From Verrucomicrobiota bacterium (GTDB taxonomy: Bacteria; Verrucomicrobiota; Lentisphaeria; Lentisphaerales; Lentisphaeraceae), in the NCBI GenBank assembly GCA_039798785.1, contig JBDKFG010000001.1, positions 128,001 through 192,000 of the forward strand: a DNA stretch of 64,000 nucleotides. Reading direction: 5' to 3'. Below are positions 21,068 through 30,260 of this stretch, one piece after another; within the stretch, counting starts at the first letter, position 1; each line of letters begins with the position of its first letter. The notes under the pieces were generated by a model. The model did no database searches. It saw nothing but the letters and a program-made list of their open reading frames with translations, and was not told the origin of the DNA. Position numbers and translations under genes: made by a program.

Positions 21068-21253
21068 CCTTTCACAATCTTGAAGCCATCCCCAAGAGCC
21101 CCAAATGCTCTTTGCGTTGTCCACACTGTCAGTGCGAGGACTTCGACCAGCGTCATGCGCAGATCGACACCCGCAGCTTCCGTCTCTTTGATGCAGCGTT
21201 GCCTGCATTGCTTTTGGAGCTATCTCGATTGAGATGAACTCGGAGGATTTTCC

Positions 21254-21508
21254 ATGAGCGACCTTCAAAACCCCCGCTTGATGTATCTCAAGGCGCTGCT
21301 CTTCGTCGGCATCGTCTTGATCTGCGGCCTGCTGCTCTTCCTGGAAGATCCGCAGTGGCGGCGGGCGCTCTTGCTGCTGCTGCTCGTCTGGAGTGCGGCG
21401 CGGGCCTACTACTTCGTCTTCTATGTGCTCGAGAAGTATGTCGACCCGAGCCTGCGCTACAGTGGGCTGATGGACTTGCTGCGGGAGCTATGGCGGCGGC
21501 GCAAATGA
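21254..21508 (+). CDS. Small membrane protein
   Basis: 84 aa, two hydrophobic segments, ARAYYFVFYVLEKYVDP; strong RBS ggagga. Confidence 0.8.
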   Translation: MSDLQNPRLMYLKALLFVGIVLICGLLLFLEDPQWRRALLLLLLVWSAARAYYFVFYVLEKYVDPSLRYSGLMDLLRELWRRRK

Positions 21509-21524
21509 AGAGCGACAAACGCAG

Positions 21525-21595
21525 GCCGGCGGGACGCCAGCGATCCAGTAGATGAGCGGCGAACGCAGATATCGACAGATATCGATAGACATCGA
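21525..21595 (+). repeat. REP-like palindrome (gccggcgggacgccagcgatccagtaga) followed by ATCGAYAGAY decamers
   Basis: Near-identical inverted copies at 62742-62769 and 63701-63730; decamer arrays recur at 61741-61803 and 62817-62857. Confidence 0.75.
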
Positions 21596-21627
21596 GGCCG
21601 CTTCTTCCGGTTCGTTCCTCGACCGCA

Positions 21628-21659
21628 AAAAGCCCCGCGATTTTCATCGCGGGGCTTTT
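21628..21659. terminator. Bidirectional intrinsic terminator
   Basis: aaaagccccgcgat-tttc-atcgcggggctttt between convergent genes. Confidence 0.8.
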
Positions 21660-21678
21660 CTTGGACGAGGGCTTGGGA

Positions 21679-22155
21679 TCAGTGGTGATCGCAGCCTTCG
21701 CCGTGGATGTGGCCGTGCTCGAGTTCCTCGGCGGTGGCGGCGCGAACGCTTTCGACCTGGATGTCGAAGACGAGGGTGAGACCGGCGAGGGGGTGGTTGC
21801 GGTCGACGGTGACTTCGTCGCCTTTGACGGCGGCGACGGTGAGGATGACGATATTGCCTTCTTCGTCGACGGTCTGGAACTGTTCGCCGACGGCGACATC
21901 TTCTTCGAAGTTGTCTTTCGACAGGGTGTCGACGAGGGATTCGTCGCGTTCGCCGAAGTGTTCTTCGGGTTTGAGCGAGAATTGGACGGAGGCGCCGGCT
22001 TCGAGGCCTTCGAGGCGGGCTTCGGCGGCGGGGATGAAGCCGCCGAGGCCGTGGATGTAGGTGAAGGCGCCTTCGCTGGTGTCGTCGACGGTGTTGCCCT
22101 GAGCGTCTTTCAGGGTGAACTGCAAGGTGACGACGCTGTTTGTCGAGATTTTCAT
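21679..22155 (-). CDS. slyD: FKBP-type peptidyl-prolyl isomerase SlyD
   Basis: VVTLQFTLKD, FTYIHG, LEGLEAG, VDRNHPLAGLTLVFDIQV, RAATAEELEHGHIHGEGCDHH metal-binding tail. Confidence 0.93.
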   Translation of the reverse strand: MKISTNSVVTLQFTLKDAQGNTVDDTSEGAFTYIHGLGGFIPAAEARLEGLEAGASVQFSLKPEEHFGERDESLVDTLSKDNFEEDVAVGEQFQTVDEEGNIVILTVAAVKGDEVTVDRNHPLAGLTLVFDIQVESVRAATAEELEHGHIHGEGCDHH

Positions 22156-22171
22156 GGAGCTTCCTTTTTGT

Positions 22172-23296
22172 TTAAGCACGGAGAACTTTGAGCATCTCGG
22201 CGTTAGACGGGTAGCGGCCCATCACGGAGAGGATTTGGCGGAGGGCTTCTTCCTTGCGGGTTTCGGCCAGGGCGGCGCGGAGGGCCTTCGCCTTGGCGAA
22301 GTCTTCGGCGGGCATGAGGAGGTGGTCGTTGCGGGTGCCGGACTGGAGGATGTTGACCGCCGGGAAGAGGGCCTTGTCAGCGAGGGAGCGATCGAGGACG
22401 ATCTCCATGTTGCCGGTGCCTTTGAATTCGCGGAAGATCAATTCATCCATCTGGGAATCGGTTTCGACCAGGGCGGTGGCGACGACGGTGACCGAGCCGC
22501 CTTCTTCGAGCTGGCGGGCGAGGCCGAACATCTTTTTCGGTTCGGTGAGGGCTTCGGAGTCGATGCCGCCGGACATGGTGCGGCCGCTGCCGCGGAGGGC
22601 GTTGTTGAATGCGCGGGCGAGGCGGGTGAGGGAGTCCATGAAGAGGACGACGTCGCGGCCGGCTTCGGCCTTGGCGCGGGCGAGGCTGAAGACGAGGCGG
22701 GCGAGGCGCAGGTGCGACATCTTGTCTTCGTCGTTGGTGGAGGCGAAGACCGAGGCGCCGAGGGCTTCGAATTTCTTGCGGAAGTGGGTCACTTCCTCGG
22801 GGCGTTCGTCGACGAGAAGAAGCATGACTTCGCAGTCGCGGTGGTTTTTCAGGATGCCTTCGAGCATCTGTTCCATGATGATGGTCTTGCCGGAGCGGGG
22901 AGGTGCGACGATGAGGGCTCGCTGGCCGCGGCCGAGGGGTGTGAAGAGGTCGATCAAGCGGCAGGAAGGGGCGCAGCCGGCGTGCTCGAGCGTGAGGGCT
23001 TTGTTGGGCGTGATGGCATTCATGTTCTGGATGCCGCGGCGGCGCTGCCATTCGTCCGGGCGCATGCCGTTGATGGCGCTGATGAAGCAGAGGCCGGGGG
23101 CCTTGGGGTGATGCTTCGCCTTGCCTTCGACGAGAGCGCCGTCTTCGATGTTGAAACGGCGGATGAACTGCTGCGGGACGTAGATGTCGTCGGGGAGCTG
23201 CCGGAGGCCGGCGTCCATGCGACGCAGATTGCCGTGGCCGGCGCGATTCTTCTCGAGGATTCCCGAGACGTTAAATTCGTCAGTCTTGTTCGTCAT
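22172..23296 (-). CDS. rho: Transcription termination factor Rho, short form (~374 aa)
   Basis: DIYVP, PLGRGQRALIVAPPRSGKT, DERPEEVT, DSLTRLARAFN, SGGID, EFKGTGNME, SGTR. Start placed at MTNKTDE; the longer ORF overlaps kdsD. Confidence 0.92.
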   Translation of the reverse strand: MTNKTDEFNVSGILEKNRAGHGNLRRMDAGLRQLPDDIYVPQQFIRRFNIEDGALVEGKAKHHPKAPGLCFISAINGMRPDEWQRRRGIQNMNAITPNKALTLEHAGCAPSCRLIDLFTPLGRGQRALIVAPPRSGKTIIMEQMLEGILKNHRDCEVMLLLVDERPEEVTHFRKKFEALGASVFASTNDEDKMSHLRLARLVFSLARAKAEAGRDVVLFMDSLTRLARAFNNALRGSGRTMSGGIDSEALTEPKKMFGLARQLEEGGSVTVVATALVETDSQMDELIFREFKGTGNMEIVLDRSLADKALFPAVNILQSGTRNDHLLMPAEDFAKAKALRAALAETRKEEALRQILSVMGRYPSNAEMLKVLRA

Positions 23297-23405
23297 TTCC
23301 GTTTCTGAAGCCAAGTTAGAGATTGTGACATAACCAAGCGCCTGTCGGATCCCAAGGGCATAGATGCCGGATCCCCACTCGCGACACAAGGACGGGAAAA
23401 CATAG

Positions 23406-24377
23406 ATGACATACATCGATAAGGCAAGGCAGGTTCTGGAAATCGAACGCGATGGCATCCGCCGCATCTCCGAGCAGCTTGACGGCCGTTTCGAGCAGCT
23501 GGTCGAGATCTGCCTGGATACTTTGGCCAAGCGCGGCAAGATCGTCCTTTCCGGTGTCGGCAAGTCCGGCCAGATCTCGCAGAAGCTCGCATCGACCTTG
23601 TCGAGCACCGGTTCCCGCGCCTGCTTCCTGCATCCGGTCGAGGCGATGCATGGCGATCTCGGGGTGTTGGGCGAGGATGATCTTTTCATCGCTCTTTCCT
23701 ATTCCGGCGAGACCGAGGAGCTCTTGCAGGTGATTCCGGCGGTGCGCCGTCTCGGGGTCCGGATCGCGGCGCTGACCGGCAACGACGATTCTTCCCTCGC
23801 CTCCCAGGCCGACATTGCGGTTTCCTGCCGCATCGAGCAGGAGGCCTGCCCCTTCAATCTCGCGCCGACCACCACCACCACCGCGATGCTCGCCCTTGGC
23901 GACGCGTTGGCGATGGTGCTGATGCAGGAGCGCAATTTCCAGATCGAGAACTACGGGCGGCTGCACCCCTCCGGAGCCATCGGCCGCAGCGTCACCTTGA
24001 AGATCAAGGATCTGATGCGCACCGGAGAGCGGCTCTGCGTCGTCGCTCCGGAGACCACCGTGCTTGCCGCCGTCCTGGCGATGTGCAGCACCAAGGGGGG
24101 CACCGCCCTGGTCGCCTGCGAAGACCGCATCCTCCGCGGCATCTTCACCACCGGCGACCTGAAGCGGGTCGTCGCCCGCAGCCCGGAGGCTCTGAACTGG
24201 TCGGTGAGCGAGGCGATGGTGAAGGATCCGGTGACCATCGGGCCGGACGAAATGGCGGTCGAGATCATGAAAATTCTGCGGGTGAAAGCCATTAACTCCG
24301 TGCCGGTTGTGGATGGTGACAGAAGAGTTTGCGGGGTTGTGGACATTCAGGACTTGCCTAAGTTCAAGGTCATGTGA
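23406..24377 (+). CDS. kdsD: KpsF/GutQ-family arabinose-5-phosphate isomerase (SIS + 2 CBS)
   Basis: GVGKSG, LSSTGS, HPVEAMHGDLG, SYSGETEE, EACPFNLAPT, HPSGAIG, CBS pair. Confidence 0.92.
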   Translation: MTYIDKARQVLEIERDGIRRISEQLDGRFEQLVEICLDTLAKRGKIVLSGVGKSGQISQKLASTLSSTGSRACFLHPVEAMHGDLGVLGEDDLFIALSYSGETEELLQVIPAVRRLGVRIAALTGNDDSSLASQADIAVSCRIEQEACPFNLAPTTTTTAMLALGDALAMVLMQERNFQIENYGRLHPSGAIGRSVTLKIKDLMRTGERLCVVAPETTVLAAVLAMCSTKGGTALVACEDRILRGIFTTGDLKRVVARSPEALNWSVSEAMVKDPVTIGPDEMAVEIMKILRVKAINSVPVVDGDRRVCGVVDIQDLPKFKVM

Positions 24378-24390
24378 TATTTTGCCTGAT

Positions 24391-25200
24391 ATGAAAGTAG
24401 GCATTCTAGGCGACATCCACGCCAATCTCCCGGCTCTTGAAGCCACTCTGAAAACCTTGGAATCCCTCGGCTGCACCAGCTTTGTCTCTGTCGGAGACAT
24501 CGTCGGCTACGGGCCTTATCCGAAGGAGTGTCTGGAGCTCCTCCTCAATCGCGGCATCCCTTGCGTCAAGGGCAATCACGACGAGTACGTGTCGCAGGAG
24601 GAGGACACCTGGAGCATCAATCCCGAGGCCCGCTTCGCGGTCAACTGGACGCGGGAGCAGCTCAGCCCTGAGCATCGCCGCATCCTGGCGGAGCTGCCCG
24701 AGGAGCTTGATTGCGGTGAGTTCTCCGTCGTTCACGCCTCCTGCACGCCGCTGCCCCGCTGGTCCTACATTCTCGACGAGCGCAGCGCCGCCACTTCGCT
24801 GCGGCACCAGCGCCGCGACATCTGCTTCCACGGCCACACCCACCTTCCCTGCGTCTTCGAGGAGCTGCCTCTCAGCGCCGATACCCAGCGCCTGCTGGAG
24901 GAGTCCAGCTCCTCCCATCTTGAGCTCCTCGACAAACTCGGCCTGACTGCGCCGATGCCGCGCCTGTCGCTGATCCGCGACGGCATGATTCTCAGCCCCG
25001 GACGCCGCTGGCTGGTCAACGCCGGCTCGATCGGCCAGCCGCGCGACAAGGATCCCCGCTCCGTCGCCCTCGCCTACGACACCGTCAGCCGCGAGCTGCG
25101 CATCCTCAGGGTCGCCTACGATATCAAGGCGGTCCAGGCACCGATGATCGCCGCCAATTTCCCCGATCGGCTGGTGCAGCGTCTGGAAGTCGGACGCTGA
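24391..25200 (+). CDS. Metallophosphoesterase (calcineurin-like)
   Basis: DIHAN, GDIVGYG, GNHD, VHAS, GHTH, NAGSIGQPRD. Confidence 0.92.
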   Translation: MKVGILGDIHANLPALEATLKTLESLGCTSFVSVGDIVGYGPYPKECLELLLNRGIPCVKGNHDEYVSQEEDTWSINPEARFAVNWTREQLSPEHRRILAELPEELDCGEFSVVHASCTPLPRWSYILDERSAATSLRHQRRDICFHGHTHLPCVFEELPLSADTQRLLEESSSSHLELLDKLGLTAPMPRLSLIRDGMILSPGRRWLVNAGSIGQPRDKDPRSVALAYDTVSRELRILRVAYDIKAVQAPMIAANFPDRLVQRLEVGR

Positions 25201-25207
25201 GCCTGCC

Positions 25208-26065
25208 ATGGCGGTCCTGAGCACACCAGGCAAGATCAATCTCTTCCTCGACGTCACCGGCCGCCGGGCTGACGGCTATCACGACATCGAGACGCTGTTC
25301 CTCCCGGTTCCGGGCCTGTGCGACCGGGTCGAGCTCTCCCCTTCGACCCGTCCTGGTCTGACATTGGTCTGCGAGGCCGAGGGGGTTCCTTGCGACGAAC
25401 GCAATCTCGCCTGGAAAGCGGCTGAGGCCTATTTCCGGCAGGCCGGGCGGCCGCTGCCCGCCCTGCAGCTCCGTATCGACAAGAAGCTCCCCGTCGCCGG
25501 GGGCATGGGAGGCGGCAGTTCCGATGCCGCCGCGGTGCTGCGCCTTCTCAATCAGGAGCATGGCCAGCTCTCCGATGCCGAACTGCACCACATCGCCCTG
25601 GCCATCGGCGCCGACGTGCCTTTTTTCCTCGATCCGCGCCCGGCCTCGGCTAGCGGCATCGGCGAGGTGCTGCGGCCGATCCCCAAGAACGGCAGCCTTT
25701 TCTTGGTCTTCGCCTTCTCGGCCTTTCCGATCCCCGCCGCCTGGGCCTACAAGAACCGGCTTGGCCCCTTTCGCAGCGCGCCTCGTCCTTTCGAGGGCCT
25801 GCTTCAGGCTTTGGCCGCAGGCGACACCGCAGGCGTCGCCGCCCATCTCCACAACGGCCTGGCGCCGGCGATCCGCCGCAAATTCCCCTTGCTTGAAAAG
25901 GTCCGGCGCGACTTGGTCGCGGGCGGTTGTCTCGCGGCCGAGGTTTCGGGCAGCGGGCCGACGGTTTTTGGCATCGCGCCCGACGCCGCCGCGGCGGAAG
26001 CCTGCCGCTTGTCGCTGATCGCCTCCGGCTGGCCGGCGGCGATGGCGCTTTGCGCGGAAGCCTGA
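25208..26065 (+). CDS. ispE: 4-diphosphocytidyl-2-C-methyl-D-erythritol kinase
   Basis: PGKINLFLDV, RADGYHDIET, KKLPVAGGMGGGSSDAA, GADVPFF, SGSGPTVF. Confidence 0.96.
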   Translation: MAVLSTPGKINLFLDVTGRRADGYHDIETLFLPVPGLCDRVELSPSTRPGLTLVCEAEGVPCDERNLAWKAAEAYFRQAGRPLPALQLRIDKKLPVAGGMGGGSSDAAAVLRLLNQEHGQLSDAELHHIALAIGADVPFFLDPRPASASGIGEVLRPIPKNGSLFLVFAFSAFPIPAAWAYKNRLGPFRSAPRPFEGLLQALAAGDTAGVAAHLHNGLAPAIRRKFPLLEKVRRDLVAGGCLAAEVSGSGPTVFGIAPDAAAAEACRLSLIASGWPAAMALCAEA

Positions 26066-26296
26066 ACCTCAGCCCTTGCGGACCCGGCACTTCTTGCCGG
26101 AGATGACGACGCTGAGCTTGGCAAAGTCCTCAATCCCTTCTTCGCGGAGGCGGGCGGCATAATCGTTGCCAAGCGCCGGGCTTGCGGAAGTCGGGGGATT
26201 CCCCCGAGCCGAACTGGGGGATATGGGTGTGTTTGGGTTTCATGCGGGAAGATGTCGCGGAATCCGCAAGAAGTCAAGCTTCCTGGCGAGCTCGCT

Positions 26297-28183
26297 TCAG
26301 CGGTTGCGAGCAGCCTTTGGCGGCGGCGCCAGGGGGATGCCTTCGGGGCCGTAGGCCGGCGGCAGCGCCGAGAGGGCCTTGGCGTCGGCGGCTGCTTTTT
26401 TCGGGTCGATGACGATCTCGTGGGTCGGCTCGGCGTTCATGTAGCGCAGGGTTTTGTCGGCGATGCGGGAGAAGCTCGGGGCGCAGGTCTGGCCGCCGTA
26501 GTAGCCGAGCGACTTCACCGGTTCGTCGACGATGATGACGAGGACGAATTTCGGATCGTCGGCGGGGACGTAGCCGATGAAGGAGGAGATGTACTTGCGG
26601 TCGGAGAAGTAGGCCTTCTGGATGACTTTTTTGGTCTGGGGGTCGATCACCGCCGGCTCGAGTTTTTGAGCTGTGCCGGTCTTGCCGGCGACTTCGTAGC
26701 CGGGGACGGCGGCCTTGGGGGCGGTGCCGTCCTTGGTGGTGACCCACTTTAATCCCTGGGTCACGGCGACGGCGCTTTTTTCGCTGCAGGCGTGGCGTTT
26801 GAAGGTCGGGGGGAAATTCTGGACCTCGCCGCTGACCGGATCGACGATGCGATCGACGAGGCGGAGCTGCATCATCCGGCCCTTGTTGGCGAGGGCGCAG
26901 TAGGCGTTGAGCATCTGGGCGGCGGTGACGGTGAAGGTCTGGCCGATGGGGTAGCGGGCGATGGTCAGGCCGTCATATTTCGGGTAGCGGACCATCAGGC
27001 CGCGGGATTCGGTGCCGAGGCCGATGCCGGTCTTCTCGTTGAAGCCCCAGGTGGCCAGGCCCTGGTCGAAGATCCTCTTGGTCTTTTCCAGGTCGGGATC
27101 GATGTCGAGGACGGTTTTGACTGTGCCGATGTTGGAGGAGTGCATCAGGATTTCGCGGACGGAGAGGTCTCCGTAGCTGTGGCCGGCGTCGCGGAGGATC
27201 TTTCCGGCGTAGAACCAATTGCCTTTTTCGCAGTAGTAATGCCGGTTGAGATTGAGGGCGGGATTGGCGTCGAAGGCGATGGCGACGGAGAAGGCTTTCA
27301 TGGTAGAGCCGGCGTCGAAGCTGTCTTCGAGGAGGCGGAGGCGGTAATTGTCGGGATGCATCGAGGAGCGGTCGTTGGCGTCGAAGGAGGGGTATTGGGC
27401 GAAGGCGAGGATGGCGCCGGTCTTGGGATCGGCCATGGCGGCGTAGACCGACTTGCACTGGAATTTTTCGACCACGGCCTGCAATTCCTCCTCGACGATG
27501 GCCTGGATGGGCTCCTGGATGGTGAGATAGATGTCCTTGCCGTTGGCCGGGGGGATCTCCTTGACTTCGTTGAGCTTCTGGTTCCTGGCGCTTTTTTCGA
27601 ATACCACCTTGCCGTCAACCGGCTGGAGATTTTTGTCGTAGGCTTTTTCGACGCCTTGGACGCCGTGTTCGGTGTTGTCGAGGAATCCGAGGGCGTTGGC
27701 GGCGCAGCGGCCTTTCGGATAGGTTCGGATCTCGATCTTCTCAAAGCGCAGGCCGCGCAGCCGCAGTGCCAGGAGCTTTTCCGCGGCATCGAGATCGATC
27801 TTGTCGGCGGCGACGATCTCGACCTTGCCGGAGTCGAAGCGGGCCTTCAGCACCGCCGGGTCGACCTTGCAGATCTCGATCAGCTTCTCCATGATCTCCT
27901 GGCGCAGGTCGACGCCTTTTCTCTGCATGTGGCGGGGGGTGGCGATGATGCGGTAGCTGACCTTGCTCATCGCCAGCAGGTTGGGTGACGGGGAGCCGTC
28001 GTAAATCCGGCCGCGGCAGCCGGGAAGCTTCCTCGCGGCGGTGTAGGTGGCCTTGGCCTTGGCGTGCAGCTCTTCATGGCGGTGGGTCATCAGGTAGCCA
28101 TAGCGGCAGGCGAGGCCGCTGAAGATGAAAAAGGCGAGCAGCCCGAGGAGGGCTGCCCGCGTCGTCGCCGCATTCCGGTTCAT
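26297..28183 (-). CDS. ftsI: Class B penicillin-binding protein (FtsI/PBP3-like)
   Basis: N-terminal TM, RGRIYD, RTYPKG, GVEKAYD, GKDIYLTI; transpeptidase motifs STMK, SSN, KTG. Position after mraZ-rsmH-ftsL. Confidence 0.88.
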   Translation of the reverse strand: MNRNAATTRAALLGLLAFFIFSGLACRYGYLMTHRHEELHAKAKATYTAARKLPGCRGRIYDGSPSPNLLAMSKVSYRIIATPRHMQRKGVDLRQEIMEKLIEICKVDPAVLKARFDSGKVEIVAADKIDLDAAEKLLALRLRGLRFEKIEIRTYPKGRCAANALGFLDNTEHGVQGVEKAYDKNLQPVDGKVVFEKSARNQKLNEVKEIPPANGKDIYLTIQEPIQAIVEEELQAVVEKFQCKSVYAAMADPKTGAILAFAQYPSFDANDRSSMHPDNYRLRLLEDSFDAGSTMKAFSVAIAFDANPALNLNRHYYCEKGNWFYAGKILRDAGHSYGDLSVREILMHSSNIGTVKTVLDIDPDLEKTKRIFDQGLATWGFNEKTGIGLGTESRGLMVRYPKYDGLTIARYPIGQTFTVTAAQMLNAYCALANKGRMMQLRLVDRIVDPVSGEVQNFPPTFKRHACSEKSAVAVTQGLKWVTTKDGTAPKAAVPGYEVAGKTGTAQKLEPAVIDPQTKKVIQKAYFSDRKYISSFIGYVPADDPKFVLVIIVDEPVKSLGYYGGQTCAPSFSRIADKTLRYMNAEPTHEIVIDPKKAAADAKALSALPPAYGPEGIPLAPPPKAARNR

Positions 28184-28192
28184 GCAAGGACC

Positions 28193-28654
28193 TCAGCGGC
28201 TGGTGACGAGATTCCGGGTGGGACGGACCGCGGCCATTTCTCGGCTTTCGCCGCGGCCGGAGCGCGAGCCTTTGTCGAGGTGCTTGATATGGCGGACCTG
28301 GCCAGGTTGCGCCGGGCGCAGGTCGGAGAGGCTGGCCTGGAGGCGGCCGACGATGTAGCTGCGCTGGGTCTTTTCCTCGAGCTGGGCGGCGAGGTTGACC
28401 AGGCTGTCCTGCGAGTGGTTCAGCTTTGCGGTCTGGTTGTCGATGTCGTTGCGCAGCTTTTTGTTGCCGTGGTCGAGAGTGACGAACAGGATGGCGAGGG
28501 CGGCGGCCCAGACTACCAGTCCGAGGTAGCCCCAGCTGCCGCCGTGCGCGGCCTTGCGGGCTTCGCGAAGCTCCTCTTCGCGTTTCAGTTTCATCGTCTG
28601 CATCTTCTTGATGCTCTGGGTCGGGATGCCGACGGTCATGGTGTTCTTGAGCAT
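28193..28654 (-). CDS. FtsL-like bitopic coiled-coil protein
   Basis: Single TM (YLGLVVWAAALAILFVTL) followed by a heptad-like helix; canonical ftsL position between rsmH and ftsI. Start uncertain. Confidence 0.65.
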   Translation of the reverse strand: MLKNTMTVGIPTQSIKKMQTMKLKREEELREARKAAHGGSWGYLGLVVWAAALAILFVTLDHGNKKLRNDIDNQTAKLNHSQDSLVNLAAQLEEKTQRSYIVGRLQASLSDLRPAQPGQVRHIKHLDKGSRSGRGESREMAAVRPTRNLVTSR

Positions 28655-28672
28655 GGGGGTGATCCTGGTTTT

Positions 28673-29707
28673 TTATCGTTTAAAGCGGCGAGAAGATTTG
28701 GCGGGCGCGTCGTTTTCGAAGTCGTTCTTCAGCCGGGGGCCCGGCCCCGGCGAACTTCGCGACCAGCGCAGGCGTTTGGCGGCGCGGAGCTTGGCGCAGC
28801 CGGAGCGGCTGTTCCCCTGCAGCTCGTCGTCGCTGGCCTCGACCACCTTGCGGGTGATCAGCTCCATCTCGGCGATCTTGCCGCAGCAGCACACCGGGAA
28901 TTGCGGCGGGCAGGTGCAGGCGCTGGCCTTGTCGCGAAAGAATTCCTTGACGATGCGGTCTTCGAGGGAGTGGAAGCTGATGACGCAGAGGCGGCCGCCG
29001 TCGGCGAGGAGTTCGTGGGCGGCTTCAAGAGCGGCGCGAAGAGCTTCCAGCTCGCCGTTGACGGCTATGCGAAGAGCTTGGAAGCAGCGCGTTGGCGCGG
29101 GAGGAGAGGTCCGCCTTCCGCGGCCCACGACGGAATCAGCCAGCTCTGCGAGTTCGCGGGTGCGGGAGAAGGGTTTCTCCTCGCGTTGCTTGACGATGGC
29201 GTGGGCAAGCCGGCGGGCTTCGCGTTCTTCGCCGTAGTCGCGGAAGATGCGTTCGAGTTCATCCTGGCTCTCCGTGTTGAGGATGTTGGCGGCTGTGCGG
29301 CGGAGCCGGCGGTCCATCCTCATGTCGAGGGGGCCGTCCTGGCGGAAGCTGAAGCCGCGTTCAGCTTCATCGAGGTGGTGCGAGCTGACGCCGATGTCCA
29401 TCAGGATGCCGTCGACGCTGCCGGGGCCCCATTCGGCTTCGCCAAGGAGGGATCCGAGTTCGCGGAAGTTGAGGCGGCGGGCGCTGAAGCGCTTGCCGAA
29501 GCGGGCGCTCAGACGCGTCTCGGTCGCTTCCAAGGCCTTTTCGTCGCAGTCGAGACCGAGCAGGGTGCAGTCCGGCGCCGCTTCGAGGATGAGGCTGCTG
29601 TGGCCGCCGCCCCCGAGGGTGCAGTCGATGTAGCGTCCGCCGGGCTTCGGAGCCAAGGCTTCGAGGGTTTCCTTGGGGAGCACGGCGATGTGGTGGAAGT
29701 CGCTCAT
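28673..29707 (-). CDS. rsmH: 16S rRNA m4C1402 methyltransferase
   Basis: HIAVLPKE, DCTLGGGGHS, DIGVSS, RGFSF, GPLDMRMD, FQALRIAVNGEL, ISFHSLEDRIVK. Confidence 0.97.
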   Translation of the reverse strand: MSDFHHIAVLPKETLEALAPKPGGRYIDCTLGGGGHSSLILEAAPDCTLLGLDCDEKALEATETRLSARFGKRFSARRLNFRELGSLLGEAEWGPGSVDGILMDIGVSSHHLDEAERGFSFRQDGPLDMRMDRRLRRTAANILNTESQDELERIFRDYGEEREARRLAHAIVKQREEKPFSRTRELAELADSVVGRGRRTSPPAPTRCFQALRIAVNGELEALRAALEAAHELLADGGRLCVISFHSLEDRIVKEFFRDKASACTCPPQFPVCCCGKIAEMELITRKVVEASDDELQGNSRSGCAKLRAAKRLRWSRSSPGPGPRLKNDFENDAPAKSSRRFKR

Positions 29708-30198
29708 CGGCTGATCTCCTTGACCGCGGAGGCGAGACGATCCGCCGGGCCTTGTGAGCCGAGCTGGGACAGGATGGCAAAGGCGTCGTCGATGCCGGCG
29801 GCATCGGTCTGCTGCGCCTCCCAGTTCTCCTTCGACCAGATCTGGATCTCCTTGATCGCTCCGACCAGGACCGCGCCGTCGATGATGCCGGCGTGATCCT
29901 TGAGCTTGGGATTGAGGGCGATGCGGCCTTGCTTGTCGCACACCGCCCGCTGCATCTGAGAGCCAAGGATGGCCAAGGCGCGCTGCGCCTTGGGATCCAT
30001 CATCGCCCCCTTGGTCACGGTCTCCATCATCTCGCGGAAACCTGCCTCGTTGAGGACGCGCAAAGTCTTGTTCGGGCTCGGCATCAGGTAGAAAACGTCG
30101 CCTTCTCCGCTCCGCCAGTCGCGCGGTATGGCGATACGACGCTGCGAGTCCACGCTGTACGCGAACTCGCCGGTGTATCCCATGAAGAAGTCGTTCAC
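29704..30198 (-). CDS. mraZ: Division/cell-wall cluster transcriptional regulator MraZ
   Basis: Two AbrB-like DxxxR motifs (VDSQRRIAIP, CDKQGRIAL), VLVGAIKEIQIWSKENW; immediately upstream of rsmH; GTG start. Confidence 0.9.
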   Translation of the reverse strand: MNDFFMGYTGEFAYSVDSQRRIAIPRDWRSGEGDVFYLMPSPNKTLRVLNEAGFREMMETVTKGAMMDPKAQRALAILGSQMQRAVCDKQGRIALNPKLKDHAGIIDGAVLVGAIKEIQIWSKENWEAQQTDAAGIDDAFAILSQLGSQGPADRLASAVKEISR

Positions 30199-30260
30199 CT
30201 AATCGTTCCTTTAGCCACCTGATGGCCCCTAACTTCCCCTATTCTACCCTTTCGCTACCT
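30191..30260 (-). promoter_or_regulatory. Putative MraZ operator: seven AGG-initiated units at exact 10-bp spacing
   Basis: Minus strand reads aggtagcgaa/agggtagaat/aggggaagtt/aggggccatc/aggtggctaa/aggaacgatt/aggtgaacga, the last unit containing the GTG start codon. Confidence 0.6.

Noticed and set aside
23297..23689. Long N-terminal extension of Rho
   Set aside because: It overlaps the divergent kdsD gene and shows no Rho N-terminal features.
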